Source: Salpingoeca rosetta (taxonomy: Eukaryota > Protista > Choanoflagellata). Taken from it: a stretch of DNA of 64,000 nucleotides. How positions within the stretch are numbered: position 1 is the stretch's first letter; the number at the start of each line of letters is the position of its first letter. A program made the position numbers and the translations under genes. Below, one piece after another: positions 1-13,045 of the stretch. The notes below the pieces were generated by a model, which did not search any database, was not told where the DNA came from, and saw nothing but the letters and a program-made list of their open reading frames with translations. The stretch is taken from contig JAWQFM010000018.1 of NCBI GenBank assembly GCA_033442325.1, positions 980,996 to 1,044,995 of the forward strand, given 5' to 3'.

Positions 1-354
1 TGCGTGTGCGTGTGCGTGTGCGTGTACGTGTGCGTGTGCGCATGCGCATGCGCGTGTGAGTGCGTGCGTGTGTGGACGATGGATGGTGTGAGTGTTGTTA
101 CATGTGAGAAGGGAGCGCTCTTGAGCCACCGCAGTCGTTGAAGGTGCTGAGCGAGACAAGTTGGTGGTGGCGGAGGTGCAGTGTGTGTGTGTGCACGCTC
201 TCTCTCATCATCAACCGTGCATGCGTTTGCTTGCTTTCTCACTTCTTGCTTGTTGCCTTCTCTGCCTTGTCGAAGCCGTTGCGGCTTGAAATGGAGGAAA
301 CTGCACAATTTCTCACTACGTAAAAATGAAGAAAATCTCTGATTTGGAGATCCA

Positions 355-374
355 CCGGGAAATTTGAATTTCAA
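355..374 (+). promoter_or_regulatory. Putative CDE/CHR (E2F/DREAM-type) cell-cycle element
   Basis: CCGG-GAAA-TTTGAA (355-368) plus an overlapping dyad TTGAA-T-TTCAA (364-374), about 90 nt upstream of the condensin ATG. Confidence 0.4.
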
Positions 375-455
375 CGAACAACGACTCACAAACACGAACG
401 ACGACTGCGAGCACCTCAGCCACCCCCACCACACGCACAGCAGCAGCACGACGCG

Positions 456-2107
456 ATGAAGGTGGACTTCCAGATCCCGGCCGACGCCGACGATCTGCTG
501 GCCACAGATGCAAATGTCTTCTCTGTCGCAACCTTCTCCGATGTGCGCAGAATCTCGGAGTACAACCTCAACGACATGATTGCAGGTGCAGTTGTTGGTG
601 GTTGAAGTGGTGGTCCTTCGTTGATGTTGTTGGTGTTGGTGATGTGCCTGCTGTTGTTCCGAGTGTTGTTGGTGTCGCAAGTACTGCCACTATGGCTGTT
701 CGTACTGACACGACATGTACGCGTGCGTGCGTGCGTATGCCTCGCTCTGTATGTTGTTTTTGTTGTTACCGTCCTTATTGTCGTCTTTGTCACTGTTGTT
801 GTTGCGACAGATGCGACAAAGACATTCAAGGATGGCACGGAGATCAGCTACAACTCGACATTTGACGTCTTCTTCAGCCTGGCACGGTGGGACAAGCGAT
901 TGTACCGTGGCTTAAGGCACTGCTTGTCCCAGCCTTGGTACACACGCCCACTCATATGTCACACAACACCAAAATTGCATGCTCAGGTTTTTCGGGGACT
1001 TGAGCCCCACAGTGCAGAAAGCAACCTGCTCATCACTGTTGTCAGGTAAGCACACACAAGTGCGTGTGTGTGTATGTGTGTGTTGTGTGCGTGTGTTTGT
1101 CGTGTGGGATTGTTGTTACATGCTTTTGTCGATGATAATTCCAGGAAGCGGTTGTGGCGGTGGAGGTGCGGGATGAAAATCAGATGGCGACACGAATTCA
1201 CAGGGGTTTCTTCACCCATGTGTGCTTGCTAATGTACAACCCGCATGTCCTTGTACTCACCCATTTCTCACTCATCTACATCCAAACCTCTCCACCCCAT
1301 CCGTCCACATATCAGGGATGCAGTGGTTTGGGCGCACGCTCCAGTCTCGCCTGCCTGAGATGAACAGCAACAGCAGCGAGGCGCAGCTTGGCCGCAACTG
1401 CCTCAAGATGTACACGTACCTCATCAGCTTGATTGCCTCCCATCAGGAGGGAGAGGCCGTCAAGCCAACGCAGCACCTGGGCGGCGCCACAAAGAAGACC
1501 AAGAAAACCAAGTCTGAGTTTTCGTGGAGCCAGGAGCGAGAACGCCTGCTTGCCATGATGCTGTCGCTCCTTCAGCTCGATGTGCCAAAGCTGTGGCCCA
1601 TGTCCTGCCCCGAGGAGCAGTTTGTCAAGTAAGCGAGAAGGGGAGTGAGAACGAGTGTGGTGTGTGTGTAGGAGGAGAGAGAGAGAGAGGTGACATTGTA
1701 TGTTGTGTTGTGTGTGTGTGTGTAGGAGTTAGAGGTGTGAAACTGTATGCTGTGTTTATTGCATTGTGTATGTGAGTGTGAGGATTGTGGGTGTTAGCAA
1801 GTGTTGCAAGACAGTGGGCGCGTGTGAGTGTGCTTAATGAGCTGTCCATACCAACAGCAAGCACATCACATTTTGCTCACACCACTGGCCTCTTGTTGTC
1901 TGCCTTTTCTTCCTTGCAGCCTCATTACGCGGTTTGCATATGTTGCGCTGGAGAACCCTGAGGTGGTCAAGGACAAAGACGTGATGCACCTGCTCACCAG
2001 CATCCTTGGTCTCATGGTCCAGAAGTACAACCACAGCCTCGGTCGGTTCTTGATTTGTGTGTACACGTGCATGCGTGTGTGATTTCGTATGCGCGCGTAC
2101 ATTTTGG

Positions 2108-2187
<80 letters not shown>

Positions 2188-2194
2188 TGTGTGT

Positions 2195-2235
<41 letters not shown>

Positions 2236-2821
2236 GGGTGTAGGTGTGGGTGGGTGTGTGGGTGTGTGGGTGTGTGGGTGTGGGTGGGTGTGTGCATTTG
2301 CACTCCCTGAGTGTCCCCTTTCTTTTCACTCACGGTACACAAAATCGAATGCCGCCTCCAATGTACACAGGCGCATCCACAGCCATTGTGCACTTGCTGC
2401 CGCACTTCGAGCACCTCTCCCACCCACTGGCTTCGATGCTGGCGGCGTTTGCACACGACTTTGACAGCCCAGCCGTTGTCACAGACGTCCTCAGGTGTGT
2501 GCGTGTGCGTGTGCGTGTATGTGCGTGTATGTGTGTGTGTGTGTGTATGCGCGTGCATGTGTGCGTGTGTTAATGTGTCGCCACTGGCAATGATGTGCAG
2601 ACTACACACGCACGACTGCCTTACGCCACTTGTTTTCTCACACACGCTCTGTCCATCCCTCGACGACGCCATTGCCTGTTGTCCTCTTTAGGGAGATTGC
2701 TAAGATGGACAACAGCGATTTCGTGCGCGATGCAAGTGGTTCCCGCTACTTTGCGTCTTTCCTGGCAGAGCTCGGTGAGATGCATGGAGAGAGAGAGTGT
2801 GTGTGTGTGTGTGTGGACGCA

Positions 2822-2852
<31 letters not shown>

Positions 2853-3254
2853 CGGTATCACTCGTGCTCATGAGCAACGCATCACGCACGCGATTGTGTC
2901 GAGCCCTACAACAGCACGTCACACATGTACGTCGTGGCTTTTACACAGGCATGTTGTGCAGGTAGTTGTTTACAAATCGCATTGGTGCAAACTCACTCCG
3001 CTCACCAACATCAACCTGGTTTGCTCGATTTGCACAGCCACTCTTGTGCCAGAACTGGTGCTGCCGTCCCTCAGCTTGCTGCTGCCCCATCTCGGTACGT
3101 TTGTCAAAGTTTGTCGAAGGGATTAGCCCACATTGCACAACCCACATTCCACAACGTGCATCAATCATTAACTCTCTGTGCAGCCGCTTTTGAAGCTTTT
3201 CATCGACACTTCGATTCAGTCAACTTTCTCGCCTCGCTCCGCGCCAAACACCAC

Positions 3255-3330
<76 letters not shown>

Positions 3331-5154
3331 ATCTCACTGCCACTCGCGCGCCCTCCCTCCTCACTGTGTCCTTCGTTGCATTTGTGTTGATTGCACGACG
3401 ACAGATGGAGAGGCGTATCCCATCCGCAACGCGCTGCTGAAGATGATTGGCGCCATCTTGACCACCCAGCTCCGCGCGGACCTGACACCCAATATGGCAG
3501 CCACCCGCGACGAGCTCATTGCCATCTTGGAGGAGCGCCTGGTGGATGTCTCGGCGTATGTGCGCAAGCAGGCGCTGCAGGTGTGGCAGCAGCTGGCACG
3601 CGAAAAGGCTATCCCCCTCAAGCAGCTGCAGCAGATTGTACCCGCGTGCCTGCAGCGTTTGGAGGACAAGTCGAGCCTTGTCCGCAAGCAGGCCATTGCC
3701 TTTATGACCACCATCATGCGGTGCAACCCGTACGGCGACCGCCTGGACTCGTCCTCGTTTGCAGCCACACTGGCGGAGGAGGAAGCCAAGCTCAAGGCCC
3801 TCATGGTGGACGCAGGCCTGCCTGTCGACGACGCTGGCACCACCACCACCACCACCAGCAAGAACAACGATGACAGCAACGACGAGGCTGATGCTGAAAA
3901 CAAGGTCAAGGCTGAGGAAGAGAATGAAGTTGATGACCTGATTCAAGACTCTGACACGGGCGAGCAGAGTGATGTGGAGGCAGCTGAAGACAGCACAGTG
4001 GCAGATGAAGCAGCACGGACAAATGCTGATGGCAACGACGACATCAAGGAAGAGAGCGCTGAGCTGAAGCAGCAGCGTGTCATCACGGCGTACCTCCGGG
4101 ATGCCGCGGCATTCTCGCGAGCATTGGATGCGGCTGTGCCTCTTGTCACCCAGCTCCTTGGCTCAACCACAACCACAGATGTCACCGAAGCCATCCAGTG
4201 CGTTTGCCACGTGCGAGGGTGGAGTTGTACGTGTTGTGTGTGTATGTGCGCACCTGTGCGTGTGTGTCCACACCTTGAGGCATCATGTCGTTTATCAAGC
4301 AGAGAAGTTGGTTGTGATTTATTGTAACTGTGTTTCTCACTTTTGCACGTGCACCCTGACTGCTTTGCATGAATTGACTGCCCACAGGTGCTTGGTGGTG
4401 GCTACGGAGTTCAAGGTGTGCGCTGCCGATGCTGGCGTGCGCAAGATGCTTGTCCTTGTGTGGAGCAAGGACGCTCCTGTGAAGCAGGCTGTTCTTGACG
4501 CTTACCGCCAGCTCTTCTTCAAGCCAGACCCAGCCCTCTTCAAGACCAAGAAGGTGCGCTATGTGTGTTTGGGAGAAGGGCGTTAGCGTGACTGCAAGTG
4601 TGTGCGTGCGTGTGTGCAACTATGTAGTGTTTATTCCACCACGACACGCCCTTTCAGTTGTGACGCGGCCTTGACACTCGAAACTACAAACACATGCTTT
4701 CCTTTACCGCTCACTGGTGTCTTGGCACACCATTCTCCCTCAACTGGTTTGGTTCATTCTGGCAGGCTCAGCACGGCATGGTGGCCAAGAGTCTGATGAG
4801 GCTGACGCAGAACGCCACGCTCGCAGACTTGTCATCCCTGCAAGAGCTCGTGTGCATCATGATTGCGGAGAAGGAGCTGGATGACGGTGTCCTGAAACAG
4901 CTGTGGGATGTGGTGGCACAGCGCGTCCCCAACATGACTGTCGCGCACGTGCAGCAAGCTGTCATTGTGCTTGGAATGGCGGGCAAGGCCATGCCAGACA
5001 TGATCAAGGACAATGTCGGGTTGCTGGTGGCCACTGGTACGGGCCCGCTTGCACAGGAAACGCTTCTCCTCACCCGGGACGTTTGCATTGCCCTTCAAAA
5101 GCTGCCCGGCTCAAAGCGCATCACATCGTGAGTCATGTGTGCATGCTTGTTCTC

Positions 5155-5201
<47 letters not shown>

Positions 5202-5276
5202 TGTGTGTGTGTGGGTGTGATTCGCCAGTTGAGGCAGATTGGATGCTTGCTGTGTTTCGATGGCATACTGTGGACG

Positions 5277-5374
<98 letters not shown>

Positions 5375-8300
5375 CTGCCTGTGTTGTTGTTTCTGCCTGT
5401 GTTGCTGTTTCTGCCTGTGTTGTTGTTTCTGCCTGTGTTGCTGCTGTTTCGATTGTGGTGGCAACGGTGATGGTTCTGGTGTTACATTACGTCGTGCGCT
5501 TGTACAAATCCATGTTGAGTCTCACAAGTTGTGGTGTATTTATGTGTGCAACAGGCGCACGAAGCCCCAGCGGTTCCCACGCGATCACGCGATGTTCGCG
5601 TCTTTCCTCGCTGTCATCAAGAACGCAGTTACCTCGCCGATCGAAGGGTAAGACCTCGCGTGTATGGGCAACACGCTGTGCTGAGAGCAAATGAATTACA
5701 CCGCCCTGTACTTGTCGCAAAGCGTACCCGTACGCACACACATGTGCATACGCACACGCAGCACAATTTAAGCACCACATTGCACGGCAACAAATGCCAC
5801 CCTCCCGCAACCTAATGCTCGCGTGCATGCGTCCGCATGTCTTCTTGTTTTACTGTGTGTGTGGATGTGTTCCAGGTTCATTCCTGCCGCAGAGCAGATG
5901 GTGAACATGGTGTTCAAGATGGCGGAACAGCCAGACGTGCTGTTGACGCCTTTCTTGAAGGAGATGACCGAGTGTGTGATGGCGGCACCACGCGATGGCG
6001 GCGGGGGCGCCGTTGATATGACAACACGCCTCACGCGCCTCATGTTCGTCCTCGGCCATGTTGCGGTGAGTGGTGAAAGACAATGCAGGACTTGTGCGCA
6101 TGTGCGCAGCGTGTCCACCTCCAGCTTTGTCTTACACAAGCTGCTTGCAGCCCAATAACACCCAAGCGATTGAGCTGACTGTGCACAAGCATGCAGCATT
6201 TGTCTACTGTCTTGCCTATCTCACTTGTGGCACTGCACATGACTACATGTGCTTGGTGGACGTGTTTTTTCGGTTGCGTGCAGGTGAAGCAACTTGTTCA
6301 TGCAGACTACGTGCTGCTGGAGCTTAAGCGACGGCGCATGCGCCAGGAAGAGGTGGACGCTGCGCACAAGAGCAAGGCCAAGACCAACAAACAGAAGGAC
6401 GTGCGTTCACACAAGATAAAGTCTTGCATGCCTGCGAGGGACACATGCACACTGTTGTAACTTGCCCACGTGCACTGTCGTCATCATTACACAACGGCGC
6501 GCACCCTCTTCGGGTCTGCTGTTTTTGTACCGCATCGGCTTCACACGTGACTGCGTTCATTCGTTCATTGATTGATCTGATGTGTTGGCTTCCTTGACCA
6601 CATGGACACCAGGAGGAAGACGATGAGATGGGCGTTGGCGGCGCCTCTGCTGAAGATCTTGAAGCCGAATTCATCCACGATGTCTGCGAACGCGAGCTTG
6701 TGCTGGTGAGTGCAAGGCCTGTGTGTGTGTGTGCTTGTGTGTGTGCTTGTGTGTGTGCTTGTGTGTGTGTGTGCTTGTGTGTGTGTGTGTGCTTGTGTGT
6801 GTGCTTGTGTGTGTGCTTGTGTGTGTGCTTGTGTGTGTGCTTGTGTGAGTTGTGTCGTGTGAATAAGGGTGTTCACTGCCATCATTGTTCGACGGATTAC
6901 CGACATGTTCTTCTCTGCCCCGTCTATTTGCACACTACTCACACGCACCAACACACGCATCTGGCCCTTAGGGCAACACGCTGTTGACCAGCTATGGCTC
7001 TTTGATTGTGAGCGTGTGTGTGGCGCCACATGTGTTTCACAACGCGCATCTTCAGGCCGCAGCTGTCTTGGCCCTGACCAAGTTCATGTGCATCAGCTCG
7101 CAGTTCTGCGACAGCCACCTCCAGCTCCTGTTTACGGTGAGAACTATGTGCACTTGTGTGTTTATGTGTTGGGCGTTCACGTGCTGTGTGCACCTGCTCT
7201 CTCTTTCTTGCGGTTTTGCGACTGTTGTTGTGGTTGTGTAGCACTGCAGACTAGCCAATGTTTCCCCTGATTTTTCTGTCTCTTCTCACTAGCCCCCTGT
7301 CTGTCGATTCCAATTACACTACACTCACCACGTTCAATTGTTCATTCCTGTCCCTCTCACTTCATTCCCAGATTCTCAAGTCGTCGCAGTACCCTCAGGC
7401 TCGGTGCAACGCCATCATTGCTCTTGGTGATCTTGCCTTCCGTTTCCCAAACCTCATCGAGCCCTGGACCGACCATCTCTATGCAAGGTCTGCTGCAGAG
7501 TGCTGTGCTGTGTCGTGTTGTGTTGTGTTGTGTTGTGTTGTGTTGTGTTGTGTTGTGATGTGTTGTGATGTGTTGTGATGTGATGTGATGTGATGTGTTG
7601 TGTTATGCACATTTGTTTGTGTGCGTTGCACATTTAGCGTGTCGACGTGCTGGCGTTGGCGTATGTGATATTTGCTCATTGCAACAGCGCCACCTCTCCC
7701 AACGCGTGCGCTGCAATTTGTGCAGATTGAAGGACGAGAACCAGCAGGTGCGCCTGAATGCGGTGATGGTGCTGACCCACCTCATCCTCAACGACATGGT
7801 GAAAGTGAAGGGCCAGATCAGCAACCTCGCCGTCTGTCTCGAAGACAACTGCACGCGCATTGCCGACCTTGCTCGGTGCGTTTTGGTCTTGGAGGAACGT
7901 GTCGTGTGTGTGCGTGTTGTGTACTGTGTGTTGAGTGCGTGTTGTGTACTGTGTGTCGTGTGCTGCGTTTGTTCATCGCGTCCATGTGTGCATGTATACA
8001 TGCGTGCCACATGCTGCCTGTTCTGCAACACTTGCAGCTGTGCAATCATGACACGTGTCTTCCTAACATTTGTTCTGCCGCCCTTGCTGCTTGCTTTTCC
8101 ACGACAGCCTGTTCTTCTCCGAGTTGTCGAACAAGGGCAATGCCATCTACAACGTCATGCCAGACGTCATCAGCCACGTGGGTTGCTCACGCGCCTTTGT
8201 ATCCCTGTGCGCGTGCACATCGTAGTTGTTGTTGTTGGTTGTGCTGTTATTATTATCGGTGAAGTTTTGTTTGAACAGATTTGATGGTGAGAGTGCGCTC

Positions 8301-9652
8301 ACAACACGGTTGTTGTCTCACCCCAATGGGTCTTTATTGCCCTGCCCCCACTGGACACAACAGGTTTCGCATGAGGAAGAAGTGACGCCTGAAAAGATGA
8401 AGAGCATCATGACATTCCTCTTCTCGTTTATCAAGAAGGTGGTGCACATGATGACACACCAGCAAGCAAGCCATCAACTGTTTATCCTTTGAGCGACAAC
8501 ACCAACCATCACTCATTGTTGCTGTGGTTCTGTGCTGGCTGACTCACGCGCTTGCTCCCACACACCTGCGGTCTCTTTGCCTCGCAAACACGCGCCATCT
8601 CTCCCTCTGCCTTCATTCCTCCCTACCGAAGGATCGTCATGCTGAGAGTCTGGTCGATAAGCTGTGCCAGCGCTTCCGCACGACGCACGAGGTGTCGCAC
8701 TGGCGCGGATTTGCCTTCTGCCTCTCCCTCATCAACTACTCTGATCGCTGCCTGAAGAAACTCAACGATCAGGTGCATTCTCCTGTTTGTTTGTTTGTTT
8801 GTTTGTTTGTTTGTTTGTTTGTTTGTTTGTTTGCTTGTTTGTTTGTTTGTTTGTTTGTTTGTTTGTTTGTTTGTTTGTTTGTTTGTTTGTTTGTTTGTTT
8901 GTTTGTTTGTTTGTTTGTTTGTTTGTTTGTTTGTTTGTTTGTTTGTTTGTTTGTTTGCTTGTTTGTTTGTTTGTTTGTTTGTTTGTTTGCGCGTGCGCGA
9001 GTGTGTGCGTGCGCGAGTGTGTGCGAGTGTTGCGTTGGCTGCGATTTGTTGAGTCGTGGTGTCATGCATACGGCGCGCGTGCTCGTGTATGCGTAGAACG
9101 CGCACGCAACCACAACGCTCACACATATACACACACGTATATACACACGCGCATTTTTTGTCCTTCCACCCACGACAGTTTGCCTGCTATCACGACAAGC
9201 TTGGGGATGAGGCCATCTACTCCAGGTGCAGTTCAATCTTGAGCACTTGACCCTGCTGTTGCTCAATGTTATTGTTCATGTTTCATATTCTTGTGCGACG
9301 CCCACGGGACTCATTCTGACCACACACAACACGCGATATTCACGCTGCGACAGCTTCCAAGACATCATTGGCAAGGCGAGCAAATTTGCCAAGCCGGAGA
9401 CAAAGGAGCTTGTTGCCGTGCTGGAGCAGCGCATCAACAAATGCCACGAGCAGGTGTGAGATGGGAGGAGTGTTGAGGTGGGGTGGTTGATGGTGGAAGG
9501 TTGAGCGTGTGACATGCAAGTTGCACGTTCCGGGACGCCGATCACTTTGGAACGCTTGTCTTTCGTCCGTCTCTCTTGTTTCTGCTACACCCTCACACAC
9601 GCACACACACACACGCGCGCACACACACGCACACACACACACACATACACAC

Positions 9653-9690
<38 letters not shown>

Positions 9691-10342
9691 CACACACTCA
9701 CACACTCCCTCACACACTTTCTCACAACTACCATCATCACCACAACAACCATGACGACAACCACGATGCTTGCAGGGTGCCGAGGGCGCCACCATTGCTG
9801 CCAACGCTGCAAAGGCGAAGAAGAAGACGGGCAGCAAGCGGTCAAGTGGGCGTGGCCGCAGCAGCGCGAGTGTCAGCAGCAGCACTGGTGATGAGGACCC
9901 AGCCATGCATGACACCGACGACACGGAGAACAGGGTGACCCGTGGTGGTGGGAAGCGCAGCTGTGCTGGACGCAAGAAGGCTGCTGCCAACAGCAAGAAG
10001 GGCAGAGGCAAAGCAACTGCAAAGCAGCAGCAGCAGAAGCAGAAGCGCAAGGCAACACGTAAGCATGGGATTCGCAGCTCACAGCTTGAAGACTCTGATG
10101 ACTCTGAAGGCGATGGCGATGTGTCTGACTTTGAGGTGAGCGGTGATGATTTCAGTGACAGCAACGCTGCTGCTGTTGACATGCTGCTTGACGAGAGCGA
10201 CGACGAGGAGGAAGACGTGAATGTGTCGCGCGTGGACCGGAAGCGCAAGACGGTGAAATCGCGGCGGCAGCGCGCCCTCCGCCTCATTCAAGAAGAGGAA
10301 GAGGAGGAGTTGGGTGGCGAGGAAGACGTTCTCCTGGCATGA
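456..10342 (+). CDS. NCAPD2: Condensin I HEAT subunit CAP-D2 (Cnd1/YCS4), multi-exon
   Basis: Spliced exons give MKVDFQIPADADDLL..., RNCLKMYTYL, LWPMSCPEEQFV, DVSAYVRKQALQVW, DKSSLVRKQAI, LALTKFMCISSQFCDSHLQLLFT, RCNAIIALGDLAFRFPNLIEPWTDHLYARLKDENQQVRLNAVMVLTHLILNDMVKVKGQI, LFFSELSNKGNAIYNVMPDVIS, all typical CAP-D2 motifs. Basic/acidic tail ends at TGA 10340-10342. Confidence 0.95.
2111..2295. repeat. Intronic (TG)n microsatellite, representative of dozens in the window
   Basis: Long TG run with TGG interruptions in a condensin intron. Confidence 0.95.
5277..5447. repeat. Intronic (GTT)n microsatellite followed by ~4 copies of a 21-nt unit
   Basis: GTT array, then TGTTGTTTCTGCCTGTGTTG(T/C) units, lying between condensin exons. 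Confidence 0.95.
8784..8989. repeat. Intronic (GTTT)n tetranucleotide microsatellite
   Basis: About 200 nt of GTTT just after the donor at ~8773. Confidence 0.95.
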
Positions 10343-10906
10343 GCCGGCCTGCATTTGTTTGCATGATGTTGTGACGTTGGGCATGATGTCGTTGTGTGTT
10401 TGATTGGTTTGGCGTGCGTGCGTGTGCTTATGTTCATGTGTGTGTGTGTGTGCGTGTGTGTGTGTGTGTGTGTGAACTGCTGACCTGAATCACGTCAGTC
10501 GCGCAAACACCTTTGATGCTTTCTACTTGCTTGACACTTGTTTGTTTTGTTTCCTTTTCGTTGTTCTTACATTACGTTCCAGAAAGCCATTTGTTGCGGC
10601 TCACACATTGCACGCTTTAGTGCCGTTACTGTGACTGATTTGCACCTGTTCCCTGCACTGTTTCTTCTCTTTTTTTCACCTACTGCTGTTTGCATGGGAT
10701 TGTTTCGTTCCAATACACGAAAGGGCATGCAACAAGAGTGGGTCATTTATTGTGTCAATGATGAACGCAACGCGACGCAATGCAACAAAGCACGAGACAG
10801 AGTGCCTGTCACGCTGGCGTACCAAGTTTCCATCGAGTGTTCTCGCTACCCCGTTGCAACCCCTCCCCCCCCCCCCACACACACACACACATACACACAT
10901 ACATAG

Positions 10907-12967
10907 TCAGGAGGAGAACATGCGACGAAACTGACGCGCCTGCTCTGCTTCCCTATCCGCTATCGCCTCCGCCTCTTTCCGTGCCCTCATCTTCGCAGAC
11001 AACTTCAGCGACGACGACGACGACGAAGATGATGACGTGCCGCGGTGTGGTCCCACGACTGCCCGCACGTCGCCAGGTTGGAAGTGTGTGATGCGTGCGC
11101 CAGTGCTGCGTTCGCGCGCGGCAATGGACGCGGGGGCGTGGCGACGAAACACAGCGCTCTCGGGAAGGTCAAAGTACGACTTGCGTGACGTGGAGGTGAT
11201 GACAGAGCGAGGACGGCCTGCACGCGTGTCAATGTCGTCTGCGTCGCTTGCAGCTGAAGATGCACTTAGCAGCGACGCCACTGCAGATGCCGGGGGCTGC
11301 CTGCTCCGAGACGCCAGCGATGACGACGATGATGCTGATGATGATGACGTTGATGATGACGAGGATGTTGTAGATGAAGGGGGAGCGGATCCAAGCCCGC
11401 GCCTGTCGTGTCTGAGGACGGTTTTCACGGGTTGCTTCTTTCCCGATCCGGAAGGCCCCAGACCGGACTGTTCGTCCCATCCTATCTGTTTCATGAGCCT
11501 GTAGCCCTTGTTGGCGCTGCTGAGGAGGAAGGGGTTGCTCTGCACACGGTGCTGACAGCAGAACTGATGCAGGATGGACGCGTTGTGGGCAGCACGGGGC
11601 TCTCGCTTCAGCTCGTTGCACTCTGGGCAATACCACTCCTCCTCCTCCTCACCAGCATCATCACCAGCATCATCACCAGCATCATCCTTGCCTCGACCTG
11701 CTGTTGACTGCGTCCTCTCTGCTGCCGGCGTTTGTCGTCCACCTCGATCTATGCCGACTCCACCCCTTTTATCGCCTTCGCCCTCATCTGCACCCACACC
11801 ATCGCCTTCGTTGTGTGTGTCGTGTGTGGCGACGGCAGCAGTAATCAGCTCTGCCAGCGCGCTGTGTCCGCTCATGCGTGCAAGTTGGGCTGCGTCTCGT
11901 CCGCGTGTGTCTTTGTGCCCCAAGTTCGGTGGTGGGCGGTGGGAGAGTACCCACGTGACAACAGTGGCGCTTCCAGCCGAGGCAGCCACTTGCAGCAGCG
12001 ACCACCCATATGCGTCAGCCATGTTGATGTCGAAGGTGGCCGGGTTGTCAGCGGCGAGCCGCTGCAGGTCCTTCATCTCGTTGTTCTGCGCATGGACGAA
12101 TGCCCTGTTTTTCACAGTGGTTGCCGACAGCGCACCCGGTGCCGCCTTTGCTTTCTTGTGGCGTGGTGGGCCATGTCTCGATGATGACGACGGCAGGGAT
12201 GGCGACTGCGTCCTTCGTTTGATCTGGTGTGGTCTGCGCTGTTGCGCGCGCTGAAGTCTTGATCTCGCTCGGGCACTGGCTTGCCGTGTGACTGCTAGTT
12301 CTTCTCTGGCACCCGCTTCTGCCTCGTCGCTGTCATCATCATCGTCATCGTCGTCGATGACGATGACGTGTGCGTCTGAAGAAGAAGAAGACGATAGTGT
12401 CGGTGTTGTATCTGTGTAACCGCTGGGTTGAAAGCTTGACCTCAACGTGCTGGCGACTTTGATTTGTGTTGGTGGCTGCCGGTGCTGGCGAACGTTCTCG
12501 GATGGCATGTTGATGACTTCCTCGTACAAGCGACGGGCGTCGCTGCCAGAGAGGTTTCTTGCCCAGTGCTCGCGCTCTGGTTTCCTTGTGTAGCTCTCAA
12601 ACTCGCTGCAGGTGCACCAGCGCGTCTGGTCCTCATCGTCAGGCACCTCTTCCCCCTCTTCCGCGTTGCCTCCACTTTTAACACCACCGCCGCTACGATC
12701 ACTGCGATCACCGGCGGAGGATCCTGGACGCAGACGGCCACATAGCGGACATGTTCGCGTTGCCGGCACAAACCCGGGATAGATTCTGGACCTGGCAGTA
12801 GAGGCTGCCTGCTTGTCCACATGTGCAGGTCCTACCACGAACGTTGTGCCTCCCTTCACCACCTTCCTTGACGCTGTGCTCGTAGCGGCGCTGCTTGCGG
12901 TTGCGCTGGTGGTTGTGCTGCCATCATCGTCATCTTTGTGGTTGTCGTCGTTGTGATGATTTGTCAT
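10907..12967 (-). CDS. GPANK1: G-patch and ankyrin repeat protein (GPANK1/BAT4-like), intronless
   Basis: Ankyrin repeats (DAYGWSLLQVAASAG; DTRGRDAAQLARMSGH), zinc finger (WYCPEC...H...H) and G-patch (NKGYRLMKQIGWDEQSGLGPSGSG...PV...RRGLG). Start taken at the first ATG (12967). Confidence 0.88.
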   Translation of the reverse strand: MTNHHNDDNHKDDDDGSTTTSATASSAATSTASRKVVKGGTTFVVGPAHVDKQAASTARSRIYPGFVPATRTCPLCGRLRPGSSAGDRSDRSGGGVKSGGNAEEGEEVPDDEDQTRWCTCSEFESYTRKPEREHWARNLSGSDARRLYEEVINMPSENVRQHRQPPTQIKVASTLRSSFQPSGYTDTTPTLSSSSSSDAHVIVIDDDDDDDDSDEAEAGAREELAVTRQASARARSRLQRAQQRRPHQIKRRTQSPSLPSSSSRHGPPRHKKAKAAPGALSATTVKNRAFVHAQNNEMKDLQRLAADNPATFDINMADAYGWSLLQVAASAGSATVVTWVLSHRPPPNLGHKDTRGRDAAQLARMSGHSALAELITAAVATHDTHNEGDGVGADEGEGDKRGGVGIDRGGRQTPAAERTQSTAGRGKDDAGDDAGDDAGEEEEEWYCPECNELKREPRAAHNASILHQFCCQHRVQSNPFLLSSANKGYRLMKQIGWDEQSGLGPSGSGKKQPVKTVLRHDRRGLGSAPPSSTTSSSSSTSSSSASSSSSLASRSRQPPASAVASLLSASSAASDADDIDTRAGRPRSVITSTSRKSYFDLPESAVFRRHAPASIAARERSTGARITHFQPGDVRAVVGPHRGTSSSSSSSSSLKLSAKMRARKEAEAIADREAEQARQFRRMFSS

Positions 12968-13045
12968 CGTTCGCAGTAGATGTAGAAATGTCCTTGAAGA
13001 CATTCACAGGAATCTACAAACAAGGCGAGTGTCACAACAGCAACC

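Noticed and set aside
1-330. Possible 5' end of a divergent minus-strand gene
   Set aside because: Donor-like signals and repeat polarity hint at it, but no supportable coding exon lies in the window.
1866-2672. Many ORFs rich in HT/CV/VC dipeptides here and throughout the window
   Set aside because: They are translations of intronic (CA)n/(TG)n microsatellites, which lack stop codons.
5371-5447. 21-nt tandem units as a possible CRISPR-like array
   Set aside because: There are no unique spacers; it is a degenerate extension of the GTT microsatellite.
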